Shown here one piece after another: positions 47,563-58,091 of a stretch of 64,000 bases of DNA. The notes under the pieces were generated by a model. That model saw nothing but the letters and a program-made list of their open reading frames with translations, was not told the DNA's origin and did no database searches. This stretch comes from Armatimonadota bacterium (lineage in GTDB: Bacteria > Armatimonadota > SYMT01), in assembly GCA_041690135.1 (NCBI GenBank), contig JAWLHY010000009.1, forward strand, positions 288,001-352,000, in the 5' to 3' direction. Made by a program: the position numbers and the translations under genes. The number at the start of each line of letters is the position of its first letter. The stretch's first letter is position 1.

Positions 47563-50500
47563 ATGCCGCAAATCACCTTCAACAGCGCCTGGTCATTGCT
47601 GCTGCTCCTGCCGCTCCTCGCGGTCACGTTCCGGATGGTTCGCCAGAGCCGGGCCGCCCAGGAGCGAGGCCGCGAGCGCCTCTGCCTCGGGGTTCGGACG
47701 CTGCTGCTCGGGCTGCTGGTCGTGGCGCTGGCGGAGCCGGTGATCGACTTTCCCTCCCGGGCGCTGGAGGTGCTGTTCCTTCTGGACCACTCTCGCAGCA
47801 TCTCGCCGGAGCAGCAGAAGCAGCAGGTCGCCCTGGTGAACGAGGTCGGGCGCCGGGTACCAAAGAATGCCACCGCCGGGGTGGCGGTATTCGGCCGGGA
47901 TGCCCACCTGGAGACCGATCTCCGGAGATCGCTCCACATGGGCGCCGTCCACAGCGTGGTCGGCAGCGACGCCACGGATCCCGGCGCCGCCCTGCGCCTG
48001 GGGGCTTCCGTCCTTTCGGAGCATGCCTCCCGCCGGATCGTGCTGGTGTCGGACGGTAACGAGACCAGCGGAGAAGCCTTCGCCGAGGCGCGGGCCCTGG
48101 CCGCCGATGGGTTGCAGGTAGACGTGGTCCCGATCGTCCACGACTACCGCCGGGAAGCCCTGCTGGAGAAGGTGGTGGCCCCGGAGCGCGCCAAGCGCGG
48201 GGAACCGCTGGAGGTGCGCGTGGTGGCCCGGAGCACGGCGGCCGGCACGGGAACCCTCCGCCTTCTGCGGGACGACCAGGTGGTGGCGGTGCGCCCGTGG
48301 TCGCTGCGTCCCGGTACAAACGTACTGACCCTGCCGCAGAGCGTGACCACCCCCGGCTTCCACCGCTGGGAGGCGATCCTGGAGCCCCGGACGGATACGC
48401 TGCCCGAGAATAACCGTGCCTTGGGTTTCACCTACGTCCAGGGGAAGCCCCGCGTGCTGCTGGTAGAGGGGACGCCGGGGGACGGAACCCTCCTGGAAGG
48501 CGTCCTCCGGGACCGTTCCCTGGAGGTGGTCCGGCGCGCTACTGCCGGGGTACCGGCATCCCTGGCGGAGCTTCAGGCATACGATGCCGTGGTGCTGGCC
48601 AATGTCCGGGCCGACCAGGTGACGGTCCGGCAGATGGAACACCTGCGGAACGGAACGCGGGATCTCGGCATCGGCCTGGCCATGGTGGGTGGTGAGAATG
48701 CCTTTACGGCGGGTGGCTGGCGCGGGTCCCCGGTCGAGGAAGCCCTGCCGGTCGACATGGAAGTCGAGCGCCGGGCGGACGAGCCGCTGGTGGCGCTGGT
48801 GCTGGTGATCGACCACTCCGGCAGCATGGGTGGCTTCTTCGACGACGACGCCGGCAAGCTGAACTACGCCAAGCGCGGCGCGCAGGCGGCGCTGACCGTG
48901 GTTCGGCCCGTGGATGAACTGGGCGTCATCGCCTTCGACGATTTCGTGAACTGGACCGTCCCCCTCCGCCCCCTCGGGAAACCCGAGGAAGCCCACCGCC
49001 GGATCGAGGGCATCCAGCCGGGGACCAGCACGCGGATGTACCCCGCCCTCTTGGCGGCCCGCGATGCGCTGGCCCGGAGCAAGGCCGCGCTCAAGCATGT
49101 GGTGGTCCTCACTGACGGCCATTCCCTGCCGGGCGACTTTGCCGGCATCGCGGCACGCCTGGCGCGCGAGCGGGTGACCGTTTCCACCGTGGGGGTCGGG
49201 CGCGACGCGGACGGCAAGCTCCTCTCCGCGCTGGCGGGGGCCACGGGTGGCCGCTATTACGCCTCCGTTCCGGCCGAATCGCTCCCGTTCATCTTCGACC
49301 GGGAAGCGCAATTGGCCGCCCGCGCGGCCCTCGTGGAGGAGACGTTCCGCCCACGGCAGGCCGGTGCGAGCGACCTTCTTAAGCCTCTTCCGCAGGCCCC
49401 ACCACTGCGGGGATACGTGGCCACGACGGCCAAGAAAGGCCCGGCGATCGAGGTTCCCCTGGTTTCGCACCGCGGCGAGCCGGTGGTCGCGCTCCGGCGC
49501 TACGGGCTGGGCCGGACCCTGGCCGTCACGACGGATGCCCGCGCGCGCTGGGCGGCGCCCTGGGTGGCCGGTGGCGACTACTTCTCCCGGTTCTGGCTGC
49601 GCTCTCTGCGCTCCATTGTCCGGGCCGCGCCGGCTTCCGACCTGGACGTGGCCGTGGACCTCGAAGGCAACACGGCCCGCGTGGCGGTGGATGCCGTCGG
49701 CGCAACCGGGGAGTTCCGCAATGGGCTGGATCTCCGTGCCCGGGTGGCCGGTCCGGACGGCAGCCGCTCGCTCCGGCTCTTCCAGACCGGCCCGGGACAT
49801 TACGAGGGCCGTTTCCCGGCCTCGGACCGCGGCCAGTACCTGGTGGCGGTCACCGGAGGCGGAGAGTCCCGGAAGCCGGCCGTGGGGGTCAGCGTCGGCG
49901 GTGTGGCTCGTGCCTACTCCCCCGAGTGGCTCCGTCCGGAATCAAACCCGTCGCTGCTGCTCTCCGTGGCGGAGGAGACCGGGGGACAGGCCTGGCCCGC
50001 GCTGGGGGAGAGCATCCACGGCGAGATGCTGACCCGCTTCTTCCGGCCGGGGCCTCCGGCGCGCACCGCGCCCTATGCCCTCTGGCCGCACCTGCTGCTG
50101 GCGGGTGCGCTGCTGCTGCCGGTCGACATTGCCCTGCGACGCCTGAACTTCCGCCGTGGGGAGTTCGCCGAAGCCGCCGCTCCCTTGACCGCCGCCGTGA
50201 TCCGCCGCCTGCCGGGCCGTCGCCGGGAGTGGGGCGAGCGTGACGAGGGCACGTCGCGCCTGCTCCAGGCCAAGGCCCGCACCTTCCGGCAGCCCCCGGC
50301 CGAAGACGAGGCCGTGCCCCATCCAACCATCCCCGCGGCCCAGCCCCGTCCGGAGCGGGTGCCGGCCGTCGAGAGCCCCGATGTGTCCCATCCGCGGCCA
50401 TCTCTCGCGGAAGAGCCGGTGCCGACCGGGGATCCCGTGCCGCCGTCCGAGGTTCGGACTTCCCCGGAAGGCGCCTCGGAAGAGGGCGAACCCGCTACCG

Positions 50501-50592
50501 GCGGCTTCTCCGGCCGCCTGCTGGCCGCGAAGCGCCGGGCCGGCGCGGGCCGCCAAAGGGAAGATTCACTCCCAATAGATGGGAGCAAATAG
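47563..50592 (+). CDS. Membrane-anchored double-VWA protein with glutamine amidotransferase-like domain
   Basis: N-terminal TM helices, MIDAS motifs DHSRS and DHSGS, SDGNET, LTDG, YDAVVLANV...GLAMVGG, C-terminal TM and Pro-rich tail. Confidence 0.85.
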   Translation: MPQITFNSAWSLLLLLPLLAVTFRMVRQSRAAQERGRERLCLGVRTLLLGLLVVALAEPVIDFPSRALEVLFLLDHSRSISPEQQKQQVALVNEVGRRVPKNATAGVAVFGRDAHLETDLRRSLHMGAVHSVVGSDATDPGAALRLGASVLSEHASRRIVLVSDGNETSGEAFAEARALAADGLQVDVVPIVHDYRREALLEKVVAPERAKRGEPLEVRVVARSTAAGTGTLRLLRDDQVVAVRPWSLRPGTNVLTLPQSVTTPGFHRWEAILEPRTDTLPENNRALGFTYVQGKPRVLLVEGTPGDGTLLEGVLRDRSLEVVRRATAGVPASLAELQAYDAVVLANVRADQVTVRQMEHLRNGTRDLGIGLAMVGGENAFTAGGWRGSPVEEALPVDMEVERRADEPLVALVLVIDHSGSMGGFFDDDAGKLNYAKRGAQAALTVVRPVDELGVIAFDDFVNWTVPLRPLGKPEEAHRRIEGIQPGTSTRMYPALLAARDALARSKAALKHVVVLTDGHSLPGDFAGIAARLARERVTVSTVGVGRDADGKLLSALAGATGGRYYASVPAESLPFIFDREAQLAARAALVEETFRPRQAGASDLLKPLPQAPPLRGYVATTAKKGPAIEVPLVSHRGEPVVALRRYGLGRTLAVTTDARARWAAPWVAGGDYFSRFWLRSLRSIVRAAPASDLDVAVDLEGNTARVAVDAVGATGEFRNGLDLRARVAGPDGSRSLRLFQTGPGHYEGRFPASDRGQYLVAVTGGGESRKPAVGVSVGGVARAYSPEWLRPESNPSLLLSVAEETGGQAWPALGESIHGEMLTRFFRPGPPARTAPYALWPHLLLAGALLLPVDIALRRLNFRRGEFAEAAAPLTAAVIRRLPGRRREWGERDEGTSRLLQAKARTFRQPPAEDEAVPHPTIPAAQPRPERVPAVESPDVSHPRPSLAEEPVPTGDPVPPSEVRTSPEGASEEGEPATGGFSGRLLAAKRRAGAGRQREDSLPIDGSK

Positions 50593-50628
50593 CCAGGGGT
50601 CCCGGATCCTCGTGGTGTGGTTTTGGGG

Positions 50629-51360
50629 TCAGTCCGAGGGTATCCGTATCCTTGCCCGTAAGGCGGCCACGGCCACGAGCCCAACCGCGAATAGCAGCAG
50701 CGACGAGGGCTCCGGGACAGTTGAAGGACCCCACGGAGGGTCACTGTCCTTGATACCCGTGTCCCCCGCAGTGATGGCGGCATCCGGCGTGTTATTGTAT
50801 GCCCAGTCTTTGATCGTCAGGTGCGTCGAGGCGTTCGTCATCTCGAGAGAAACGCGCACCCATCCGTAGTAGGTGTACGTCTCGAACGGGGACGGCTTGC
50901 GGACCATTCTCACGCCCACGTAGCGGTCCACGTTCTCCGGCCAGGGACCGGTATCGCCGCTGCCGAAAGACGAGCGCAGGAAGCCGCCTCCCAGCGCGTA
51001 GGCCTGCCCACCGGCGAGTGATGGCCCAATCGTCGCGGTGCTGTCCAACGGCGTGGCCACCGAGCCGCTGGCTACGATCCGGCTTGGGGAAGTTGCGGAG
51101 GCAGTCAGGGTGCGCACCCCCCCTCCCAGGTGAGTGTTGAAGAACACATCGACAACACCGGACTTGTCCAGGCTTACCGTCACCGACTGCGAACCGGCCT
51201 CGGTGCCCTGCTGAAGGATGATATCGGCGGGATCGGTGTAGACAATGGTTTGCGCGGAAGCGGGGGTGCCGATGAGCAGCGGGAGGCCCAGAGCGGCCAG
51301 GGATCGCCAGGTTAGCCCAAAGGCAGCACGGAGTGAAGACGGTAGGGGCCAGTAACGCAT
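50629..51360 (-). CDS. PEP-CTERM sorting domain protein
   Basis: Signal peptide ending PASA, YYGWVRV...DWAYN, and C-terminal VPEPSSLLLFAVGLVAVAALRAR. Confidence 0.88.
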   Translation of the reverse strand: MRYWPLPSSLRAAFGLTWRSLAALGLPLLIGTPASAQTIVYTDPADIILQQGTEAGSQSVTVSLDKSGVVDVFFNTHLGGGVRTLTASATSPSRIVASGSVATPLDSTATIGPSLAGGQAYALGGGFLRSSFGSGDTGPWPENVDRYVGVRMVRKPSPFETYTYYGWVRVSLEMTNASTHLTIKDWAYNNTPDAAITAGDTGIKDSDPPWGPSTVPEPSSLLLFAVGLVAVAALRARIRIPSD

Positions 51361-51426
51361 GAGACAGTCTCCCAGCAGCAAGACGTCGCTTGTTGATGCA
51401 CTGCCGGAAGCTTAACTGCCCAATCA

Positions 51427-52917
51427 TTAGGAATTCGTGAGGATGCCTGGCTGAACCTCTGGCAGCACAAGCACGGCTTCCGTGCCGACACCCACCTTGC
51501 TCGTCAGCTCAAAACGGCCGCCGTGCGCCTCCACCAGGCTGCGGACGATTGCCAGTCCGAGACCGCTTCCCCCGCGTGAAGACCGCGCCACATCGGTCAT
51601 CGGGCTCCGTGCGGTCTGTACCTGATAGAACCTTTCGCAGACCCGGGAGAGGCACTCTTCCGGGATGCCTTCTCCCGTGTCGCGCACGCACAGTGCGGCC
51701 GCGCCGGGCGCGGGATACACAGAGATCGCAATCGATCCGCTGGGTGGCGTGTGTCTCACGGCATTCTGGAGCAGGTTGTCCAGAACGCGGTGGAGATAGA
51801 TGGGGTCAGCTTGTATGGGCATGGGGGTTTCCGGAAGCTCAACCCGAACATCGGGGCCGGCATCTTCCCACAGGGCCGCCGCGTCGCGGACCAGGGCGCA
51901 GAGGTCCATCCGGCGCAGCCGGAGCGGAAGCTGTCCGCTATCCGAACGGGTGAGGATCAGCAGGTCCTCCGCCAGCGAGCCCAGGCGGTCCGCTGCGGCG
52001 TCGGCGACCCGCAGCGCCTCCTGGAGTTCCTCCAGCGTGGTGCCCTGGCTCAACGCCTCGCTCAGCGTGAGTTTCATGCGGGCCAGAGGCGTGCGCAACT
52101 CGTGCGAGGCGTCGGCCGTGAACTGCCGCTGCTGTTCGAACGCCGCGTGGAGGCGGGCGATCATCTCGTTAAAGGTCCGGGCAAGCTCTCCCAGTTCGTC
52201 CTTTCCCTGCACTTCCAGCCGACGGCACAGGTCATTCGCTCCGATCTCGGCGGCGGCCAGGGTCACCCGGCGCACCGGGCGCAGGGCCTGGTTGGCGAGG
52301 AACAGGCTCAGCAGCCAGATAGTGAGCAATCCGGCCGGCGCCAGGATCAGCATCCGCTGGGTGTGGGATCGGTAGACATAGTCGAAGTCGGAGAGCGCCC
52401 GGCTGACCTGCACGGTGCCGATCCTCGTATTGCCGCGGTGAAGCGCAGTGGTGTAGGAGCGGTACCGCTTACCGTCACGGAAGAGGGTGGTATGTCCGAA
52501 CTTCCCCGCCAGCGCCGCGCGGACAGCGGCAGGGTCGATGGCTTCGCCCGCTCCGGAAGGCAGCGGATCTCCGTCGAGATCGGTCAAGCGGACGATCGGC
52601 GGGCTGAGGGTACCGGCGTTTGCGCCCGTGGCGTCGGCCATTGTGGGAGGCGCTCCGGGTGCGACCCCCGACCGCTCCGCCAGGGCATTGAGGCGTACCC
52701 TCGCCAGCGGAGGCAGGAACCCCGGAAGGGGAGCCCCCATCCTGATTTCGGCCCGCGCACTCGCTGCACCGTGGGCGAGGGTCTCGAGCATGCGATCGAT
52801 GGTGGAATTGACCCCGAAGCGCAGCGACGCCAGCGACAGCCAGGCAATGCCTATCACGGCCAGGCTTAGGATGGCCGCATTGGCCAGGACCAACCGGGTT
52901 CGGAAGCTCGGAAACAC
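51427..52917 (-). CDS. Two-component sensor histidine kinase (2 TM, HAMP, HisKA, HATPase)
   Basis: DELGELARTFNEM, FTADASHELRTPL, NLLQNAVRHT, DTGEGI, and GSGLGLAI. Confidence 0.92.
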   Translation of the reverse strand: MFPSFRTRLVLANAAILSLAVIGIAWLSLASLRFGVNSTIDRMLETLAHGAASARAEIRMGAPLPGFLPPLARVRLNALAERSGVAPGAPPTMADATGANAGTLSPPIVRLTDLDGDPLPSGAGEAIDPAAVRAALAGKFGHTTLFRDGKRYRSYTTALHRGNTRIGTVQVSRALSDFDYVYRSHTQRMLILAPAGLLTIWLLSLFLANQALRPVRRVTLAAAEIGANDLCRRLEVQGKDELGELARTFNEMIARLHAAFEQQRQFTADASHELRTPLARMKLTLSEALSQGTTLEELQEALRVADAAADRLGSLAEDLLILTRSDSGQLPLRLRRMDLCALVRDAAALWEDAGPDVRVELPETPMPIQADPIYLHRVLDNLLQNAVRHTPPSGSIAISVYPAPGAAALCVRDTGEGIPEECLSRVCERFYQVQTARSPMTDVARSSRGGSGLGLAIVRSLVEAHGGRFELTSKVGVGTEAVLVLPEVQPGILTNS

Positions 52918-52919
52918 CC

Positions 52920-53603
52920 TCAGCTCTCGCTTTCTTCGGGACGGCGGAGCACGTACCCCACGCCGTGGACGGTGTGGATGAGACGGGCGCCGGGCCCGGA
53001 GTCGATCTTTTTCCGCAGCGTAGCGACGTGGTAGCTGACCGTATTGGAGTAGCTGTCTTCGTCGCCCCAGACCCGCTCCAGGATGTACTCCCGGCTGAGG
53101 GTGCGCCCTTCGTTTCCGGCCAGGGCCTCCAGCAGGGAATACTCGTGGGGCGTGAGGGCGACCGCCTGGCCGGCACGGCGCACGGCGCGGTTGTGGCGGT
53201 CGATCTCCAGGTCGGCGATCTGCAGGTGCTGCGAGCGATGCACTTGCTCGCGCCGCAGCAGGGCACGGATGCGCGCCAGGAGTTCGCGGAAGTCGAACGG
53301 CTTGGGAAGGTAATCGTCCGCACCCAGCTCCAGGCCGTGCACGCGGTCTTCGATGCTGTCTCGCGCCGTGAGGATGAGGATGGGGAGCCCCGTGCGTTCC
53401 TTTCGGATCGTCCGGCAGAGGCTCCAACCATCGCGGCCGGGCAGCATCAGGTCGAGAATGATGAGCGAGTAGATGTCCTCCAGCGCAAATGCGAGCCCCT
53501 GGACGCCGTCCGGGGCGACGTCTACGCGGAAGTGATGCTTTTCCAGCCCGCTCTGGATCCGTTCAGCAAGGACGGTATCGTCCTCGATAAGGAGAATGCG
53601 CAC
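52920..53603 (-). CDS. OmpR-family response regulator
   Basis: RILLIEDD, DLMLP, LTARD, GADDYLPKPF, and winged-helix IHTVHGVGY. GAGGAG precedes the GTG start. Confidence 0.94.
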   Translation of the reverse strand: MRILLIEDDTVLAERIQSGLEKHHFRVDVAPDGVQGLAFALEDIYSLIILDLMLPGRDGWSLCRTIRKERTGLPILILTARDSIEDRVHGLELGADDYLPKPFDFRELLARIRALLRREQVHRSQHLQIADLEIDRHNRAVRRAGQAVALTPHEYSLLEALAGNEGRTLSREYILERVWGDEDSYSNTVSYHVATLRKKIDSGPGARLIHTVHGVGYVLRRPEESES

Positions 53604-53933
53604 CGGTAGCTCCTCGCCTTCTAGATGCCGACAACCGGGCATAATGTCCCGGCGTTCCCTTTTCAGCCCTGATGGTGATAGCGCGGAGTCGTGAGGAAAT
53701 CGTGAGGATGAAGTCTGCGTTACCACGTTTCGTTGGGGTGTAGACCGGGAGTTTCCTCTCCACCCCGCCCGGAGCGGTCGTCCACCTTCATCTCTCCGAT
53801 GGATCATGAGATACCGGCTTGCAGAACCGGCGCGTGTTAGAGAAAATCGTCAACCAACACGGAGGAATGCCTCCCCGATATCGCGAACATCCGTTTGCAG
53901 TCATCCTGTCGAGCCCGTCCCTGGCTGGTGTCT

Positions 53934-54986
53934 ATGCCGCAAATCGAACTGACCGAACTGAAGAAGACCTATCGCGTGCACGAACGCGAAGCCGGGATGA
54001 AGGCTTCCTTTTCCAGCCTTTTCGCGCGCAAGTTCAAGAACGTGGAAGCGGTGAAGGGCGTCAGCTTCTCGCTCGAGGCCGGGGAGGTGGTCGGGTTTCT
54101 CGGTCCGAACGGCGCCGGGAAGACGACGACCCTCAAGATGCTCTCGGGCCTGCTCCAGCCGAGCGACGGCGAAGCGCGGGTGCTGGGTCACCTCCCCTGG
54201 AAGCGGGAGCCGAAGTACCTGCGGCAGATCAGCCTGGTGATGGGGAATCGGAACCAGCTTGTGTGGGACATCCCCGCGATGGACTCGTTCCAGGTGAACC
54301 AGGCCGTTTACCAGATCCCGCCGCAGCAGTTCCGCGAGACCCTGGACGAGCTGATCGAGCTGCTGGAGCTGGAGCCGCTTTTGAAGAAGCAGGTCCGCGG
54401 TCTCTCTCTCGGCGAGCGGATGAAGTGTGAGGTGGCGGCGGCTCTCCTGCACCGCCCGGCGATCCTCTTCCTGGACGAGCCGACCTTGGGCCTCGATGTG
54501 ACCATGCAGGGACGGCTGCGGCAATTCATCGCCGACTACAACCGCCGCCACGGCGCCACGGTGCTCCTCACCAGCCACTACATGGCGGACGTCACGGCTC
54601 TCTGCCGCCGCGTAATCGTGATCCACCACGGGCGGTTGCTGTATGACGGCAGCCTGTCGGCGCTGGGGGAGCGCATGGCGCCGTTCAAGCTCGTGCGGCT
54701 CGACGTGGAAAGCGTCGAGGCCGCCGAGAAGGTGGAGAAGCTGGCGGAAGTGATCGACCGGCAGGAGACGAAGATCCGCCTTCGCGTTCCGCGCGCGGAG
54801 ACGTCGGCCACGGTTGCTCGCCTGCTCTCGGAAGTGCCGGTGGTGGACCTCACGGTCGAGGATCCCCCGATCGAAGAGGTGATCGATCAGATGTTCCGCG
54901 GAAGCCTCGAAGAAGGAGAGGGGACCGAGCCCGACGGTACGGATGAGGGCACGCGGGATGCGGCGAAAGAGACGGCAACCGCATGA
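53934..54986 (+). CDS. ABC transporter ATP-binding protein
   Basis: GPNGAGKTT, LSLGERMK, LFLDEPT, and TSH. Confidence 0.94.
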   Translation: MPQIELTELKKTYRVHEREAGMKASFSSLFARKFKNVEAVKGVSFSLEAGEVVGFLGPNGAGKTTTLKMLSGLLQPSDGEARVLGHLPWKREPKYLRQISLVMGNRNQLVWDIPAMDSFQVNQAVYQIPPQQFRETLDELIELLELEPLLKKQVRGLSLGERMKCEVAAALLHRPAILFLDEPTLGLDVTMQGRLRQFIADYNRRHGATVLLTSHYMADVTALCRRVIVIHHGRLLYDGSLSALGERMAPFKLVRLDVESVEAAEKVEKLAEVIDRQETKIRLRVPRAETSATVARLLSEVPVVDLTVEDPPIEEVIDQMFRGSLEEGEGTEPDGTDEGTRDAAKETATA

Positions 54987-55828
54987 GCGACACCACCTGC
55001 TCCGGTCCACGCTATTACCTGGATGTCTGGCGGGCGCACCTGAAGGTGGGCATGGCGCTCATGCTTCAGTACCGGTTCGCGGTGTTGATCTGGGGCGTGT
55101 GGGGCTTCGTCGGTCCGCTCATTTCGCTGGCCGTGTGGACGGCCGCCACGCAGGCCCGCGGTGGCGCGGTGGCCAATGCCGCCAACGGGGTGGCCTTCGA
55201 CCGGGCGGACTTCGCCGCGTACTTCCTCACGTTCATGATCTTTAGCCACATCACCATGTCGTGGGATGCCTTCGAGTTCGCCTATCGAGTCCGTTCGGGA
55301 TCGCTGTCGCCGCACCTGCTCAAGCCGGTCCACCCGATCCATGCCGATGCCGCCAACAACATCAGCTTCAAGGTGGTCACCAGCGGCATGCTGCTGCCCG
55401 TGTGGATCCTGCTGTTCCTGCTGCTGAAGCCCACCCTGCCCACGTCCGCGGTGTCACTCTGCCTGGCCGTGCCGGCGCTCTTGCTGGCGGCCGTGATGCG
55501 GTACGTGTGGCAGTATTGCCTCGCGGTGATCGCCTTCTGGACCACGCGGGTCGAGGCGGTGAACCAGCTCTACTTCACGCTGGACGCCTTCCTCTCCGGC
55601 CGCATCGCTCCGCTGGCACTGATGCCGGGACTATTGGGTGCGGCGGCCTACTTCTCGCCGTTCCGTGCCATGGGTGCCTTCCCGGTAGAACTCGCCCTCG
55701 GCCGCGTCCCGCCGGGCGAGATCCTGCCCGGTTTTCTGCTGCAACTCGTGTGGCTGGCCGTCGCTTTCCTGGCCCTCCGCGTGATGTGGGCCGCCGGAGT
55801 GAAACAGTACTCCGCCGTCGGCGCCTGA
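54983..55828 (+). CDS. ABC-2 family (DUF990-type) permease
   Basis: Six TM segments, GSLSPHLLKP, LSGRIAPL, and C-terminal GVKQYSAVGA. Confidence 0.88.
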   Translation: MSDTTCSGPRYYLDVWRAHLKVGMALMLQYRFAVLIWGVWGFVGPLISLAVWTAATQARGGAVANAANGVAFDRADFAAYFLTFMIFSHITMSWDAFEFAYRVRSGSLSPHLLKPVHPIHADAANNISFKVVTSGMLLPVWILLFLLLKPTLPTSAVSLCLAVPALLLAAVMRYVWQYCLAVIAFWTTRVEAVNQLYFTLDAFLSGRIAPLALMPGLLGAAAYFSPFRAMGAFPVELALGRVPPGEILPGFLLQLVWLAVAFLALRVMWAAGVKQYSAVGA

Positions 55829-55839
55829 ACACCTGACCC

Positions 55840-56625
55840 ATGAACTACCTCAAGCTCTTATCCGTCTTCTACCGCACGAGTGTCCAGACGGACATGGAGT
55901 ACCGGGCGGACTTCTTCGTGCGGGTGGTGGCCAGCCTGCTGGGGCTGTGCACCACGGTGGGCAGCCTGGCGATCGCCTACCAGTACACCCCGCAGATCAA
56001 GGGCTGGAGCTTTGCCCAGGCGCTGGTGCTGCTGGCCGTCTACTACCTGATGGACGGCCTCATCGAGATGTTCATCGCGCCGAACATGCGCGAGATCATG
56101 AGCCAGGTGCGGCAGGGGACCCTCGACTTCGTGCTCCTGAAGCCGGTCAACTCGCAGTTCATGGCGACCTTCCGCACCCTGAATGTCTGGCGCGCGGCGA
56201 ACCTGCTGGTCGGGACCGGGGTCGCCGTGTACGCCATCCGGAAACTTGCGGTGGAGGTGGGGCCGGCTTCCGCGGGGACCTTCGCGCTCACGCTGGTGTG
56301 CGGTCTGGCGGTGATCTACTCGTTCTGGCTCGTGCTGGTGACTCTGAGCTTCTGGTTCGTGCGGGTGGATAACATCGAGCAGATCGTGTGGCAGGCGTTC
56401 GAGGCGGGCCGGTATCCCGTGGAGATCTACCCGCACTGGCTCCGGCTGACGCTCACCTACGGGATTCCCATCGTCTTCATCATCACTGTCCCCGCCCAGG
56501 CCCTCTCCGGTCGGCTCGACCCCAGTTTCGTCGGGGTGGCGGCCGCGGTCGCCGCGGGGGCCGTGGCCGCCTCGGCTGCCTTCTGGCGCTACGGTCTGCG
56601 TTTCTACACAGGCGCTTCCGCTTGA
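55840..56625 (+). CDS. ABC-2 family (DUF990-type) permease
   Basis: EYRADF, GTLDFVLLKPVNSQF, GRYPVEIY, and GLRFYTGAS. Confidence 0.88.
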   Translation: MNYLKLLSVFYRTSVQTDMEYRADFFVRVVASLLGLCTTVGSLAIAYQYTPQIKGWSFAQALVLLAVYYLMDGLIEMFIAPNMREIMSQVRQGTLDFVLLKPVNSQFMATFRTLNVWRAANLLVGTGVAVYAIRKLAVEVGPASAGTFALTLVCGLAVIYSFWLVLVTLSFWFVRVDNIEQIVWQAFEAGRYPVEIYPHWLRLTLTYGIPIVFIITVPAQALSGRLDPSFVGVAAAVAAGAVAASAAFWRYGLRFYTGASA

Positions 56626-58091
56626 CTTCCCTTTCGTTCGTTGAGCGCTGTACCGACCGCGAACCCGACCAGCAGGATTGCCAGCGTGCCGAAGACGATG
56701 GTGAGAAAGTTGTGGAAAGGGCTACGCAGGACCGGGTCGAGCGCTTCCGCCTTGGGCGACAGGGTCATCCAGAGGATCACTCCCACGCCCACAGTCGTAC
56801 CGAGTGCTCCCGCCAGGTTGCCGGCGCGCCGCGACAGGATCCCCAGCAGGAAGAGGCCGAGCATCCCGCCGCTGAAGATGCCGGCCATCTGCCACCAGGT
56901 GTCGAGAGCGCTCTTCGCCTGGATCATCCAGAGGGCCACCCCCGTGCCGAGGATCCCGAAGATCACGGTCGAGGCTCGTAACACGTGCATCGACTCCGCT
57001 TCCGAGGCCTGGGGCCGGAAGTAGCGCCGGTAGATGTCGCAGAGGGTCAGCGTTGCCATGCAGTTGAGGTTCGAGTCGAGGGCAGCCGCGCAGACAGCGG
57101 CGACGATGATGCCCCCGAGCCCGACCGGTAACTGCGTGCTCACGAAGTGGGGGAGGACGCCGTCGGCCTTGGTGCCCTCGGGAAGCAATCCCGGCTGGGC
57201 CTGGTAGAACGCGAACAGGGCCGTGCCGATAAAGAAGAAACACGCAGAGAGCGGGATGTAGAGCAGGGCACCCATCCAGACGCTGCGGATGGCGTCCCGG
57301 TCGGAGCGTGCCGTGATGTAGCGCTGCACGTAGCTCTGGTCGATGCCGAAGTTCTGCAGGTTGATGAACAGGCCGTAGACCAGCACCACCCAGAAGGTCG
57401 AGTCCGCGAGACTGCTTCCGAAGCTCCCCAGGCTGAACTTTCCGTGTTCCGAGGCGATCCGGAAGAGCTGCTCCGGGCCCTGCGGCATCTGCGCCACCGG
57501 GAAGACCACGCAGATCAGCGCGCCCACGATGAGGGTGATGGCCTGGACCACCCCCACCCACATCACCGCCTCGGTGCCGCCCAGGAAGGGATAGATCACC
57601 ATGACCACCCCCATCATCAGGATCACCACGCGGATGTCCCATCCCAGCAGGGGCACCAGCGCCACGCCGAGAAGGTAGAGGATCGTCCCCATCCGGGCGA
57701 ACTGCGTGAGGAGGTAGCAGACCACGGCGTAGGTCCGCGCCCAGCCGCCGAACCGCTGCTCCAGGTGGTGGTAGGCAGAGACGTCGCCCAGCTTCCGGTA
57801 GAACGGCACGAACCACCGCGCCGCAATCCATGCCGCGAGGGGGAGAGAAAGGCTGAAGACGAACGGGTTCCAATTGTCCGCGTACGCCTTGCCGGGGTTG
57901 CCCAAAAAGCTGATGCTGCTGACATAGGAGCCGAAGATCGAGAGCCCCACGGCCCACCCCGGCAGCGACCGCCCCGCGGCCATGAACTGCTCGGAGTCGC
58001 TCTGCTTGCGGAAGAACCGGCTGCCGTACCCGGTGAGCAGCACCAGGTAGAACAGCAAAACCGCCAGGTCAATCGCCGGTAGGCGCTGCAC
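56604..58091 (-). CDS. Sodium:solute symporter (SSS family)
   Basis: AGRSLPGWAVGLS, SAYHHLEQRFG, DQSYVQRY, and GLFLLG, with many TM helices. Confidence 0.92.
   Translation of the reverse strand: MQRLPAIDLAVLLFYLVLLTGYGSRFFRKQSDSEQFMAAGRSLPGWAVGLSIFGSYVSSISFLGNPGKAYADNWNPFVFSLSLPLAAWIAARWFVPFYRKLGDVSAYHHLEQRFGGWARTYAVVCYLLTQFARMGTILYLLGVALVPLLGWDIRVVILMMGVVMVIYPFLGGTEAVMWVGVVQAITLIVGALICVVFPVAQMPQGPEQLFRIASEHGKFSLGSFGSSLADSTFWVVLVYGLFINLQNFGIDQSYVQRYITARSDRDAIRSVWMGALLYIPLSACFFFIGTALFAFYQAQPGLLPEGTKADGVLPHFVSTQLPVGLGGIIVAAVCAAALDSNLNCMATLTLCDIYRRYFRPQASEAESMHVLRASTVIFGILGTGVALWMIQAKSALDTWWQMAGIFSGGMLGLFLLGILSRRAGNLAGALGTTVGVGVILWMTLSPKAEALDPVLRSPFHNFLTIVFGTLAILLVGFAVGTALNERKGSQAEAPV

Noticed and set aside
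53934-56625. ABC transporter as the lasso peptide exporter
   Set aside because: It is 45 kb away and belongs to a widespread DUF990-type family, with no link seen.
56604-56625. 22-nt overlap of convergent permease and symporter 3' ends
   Set aside because: Short convergent overlaps are common, and nothing indicates a function.
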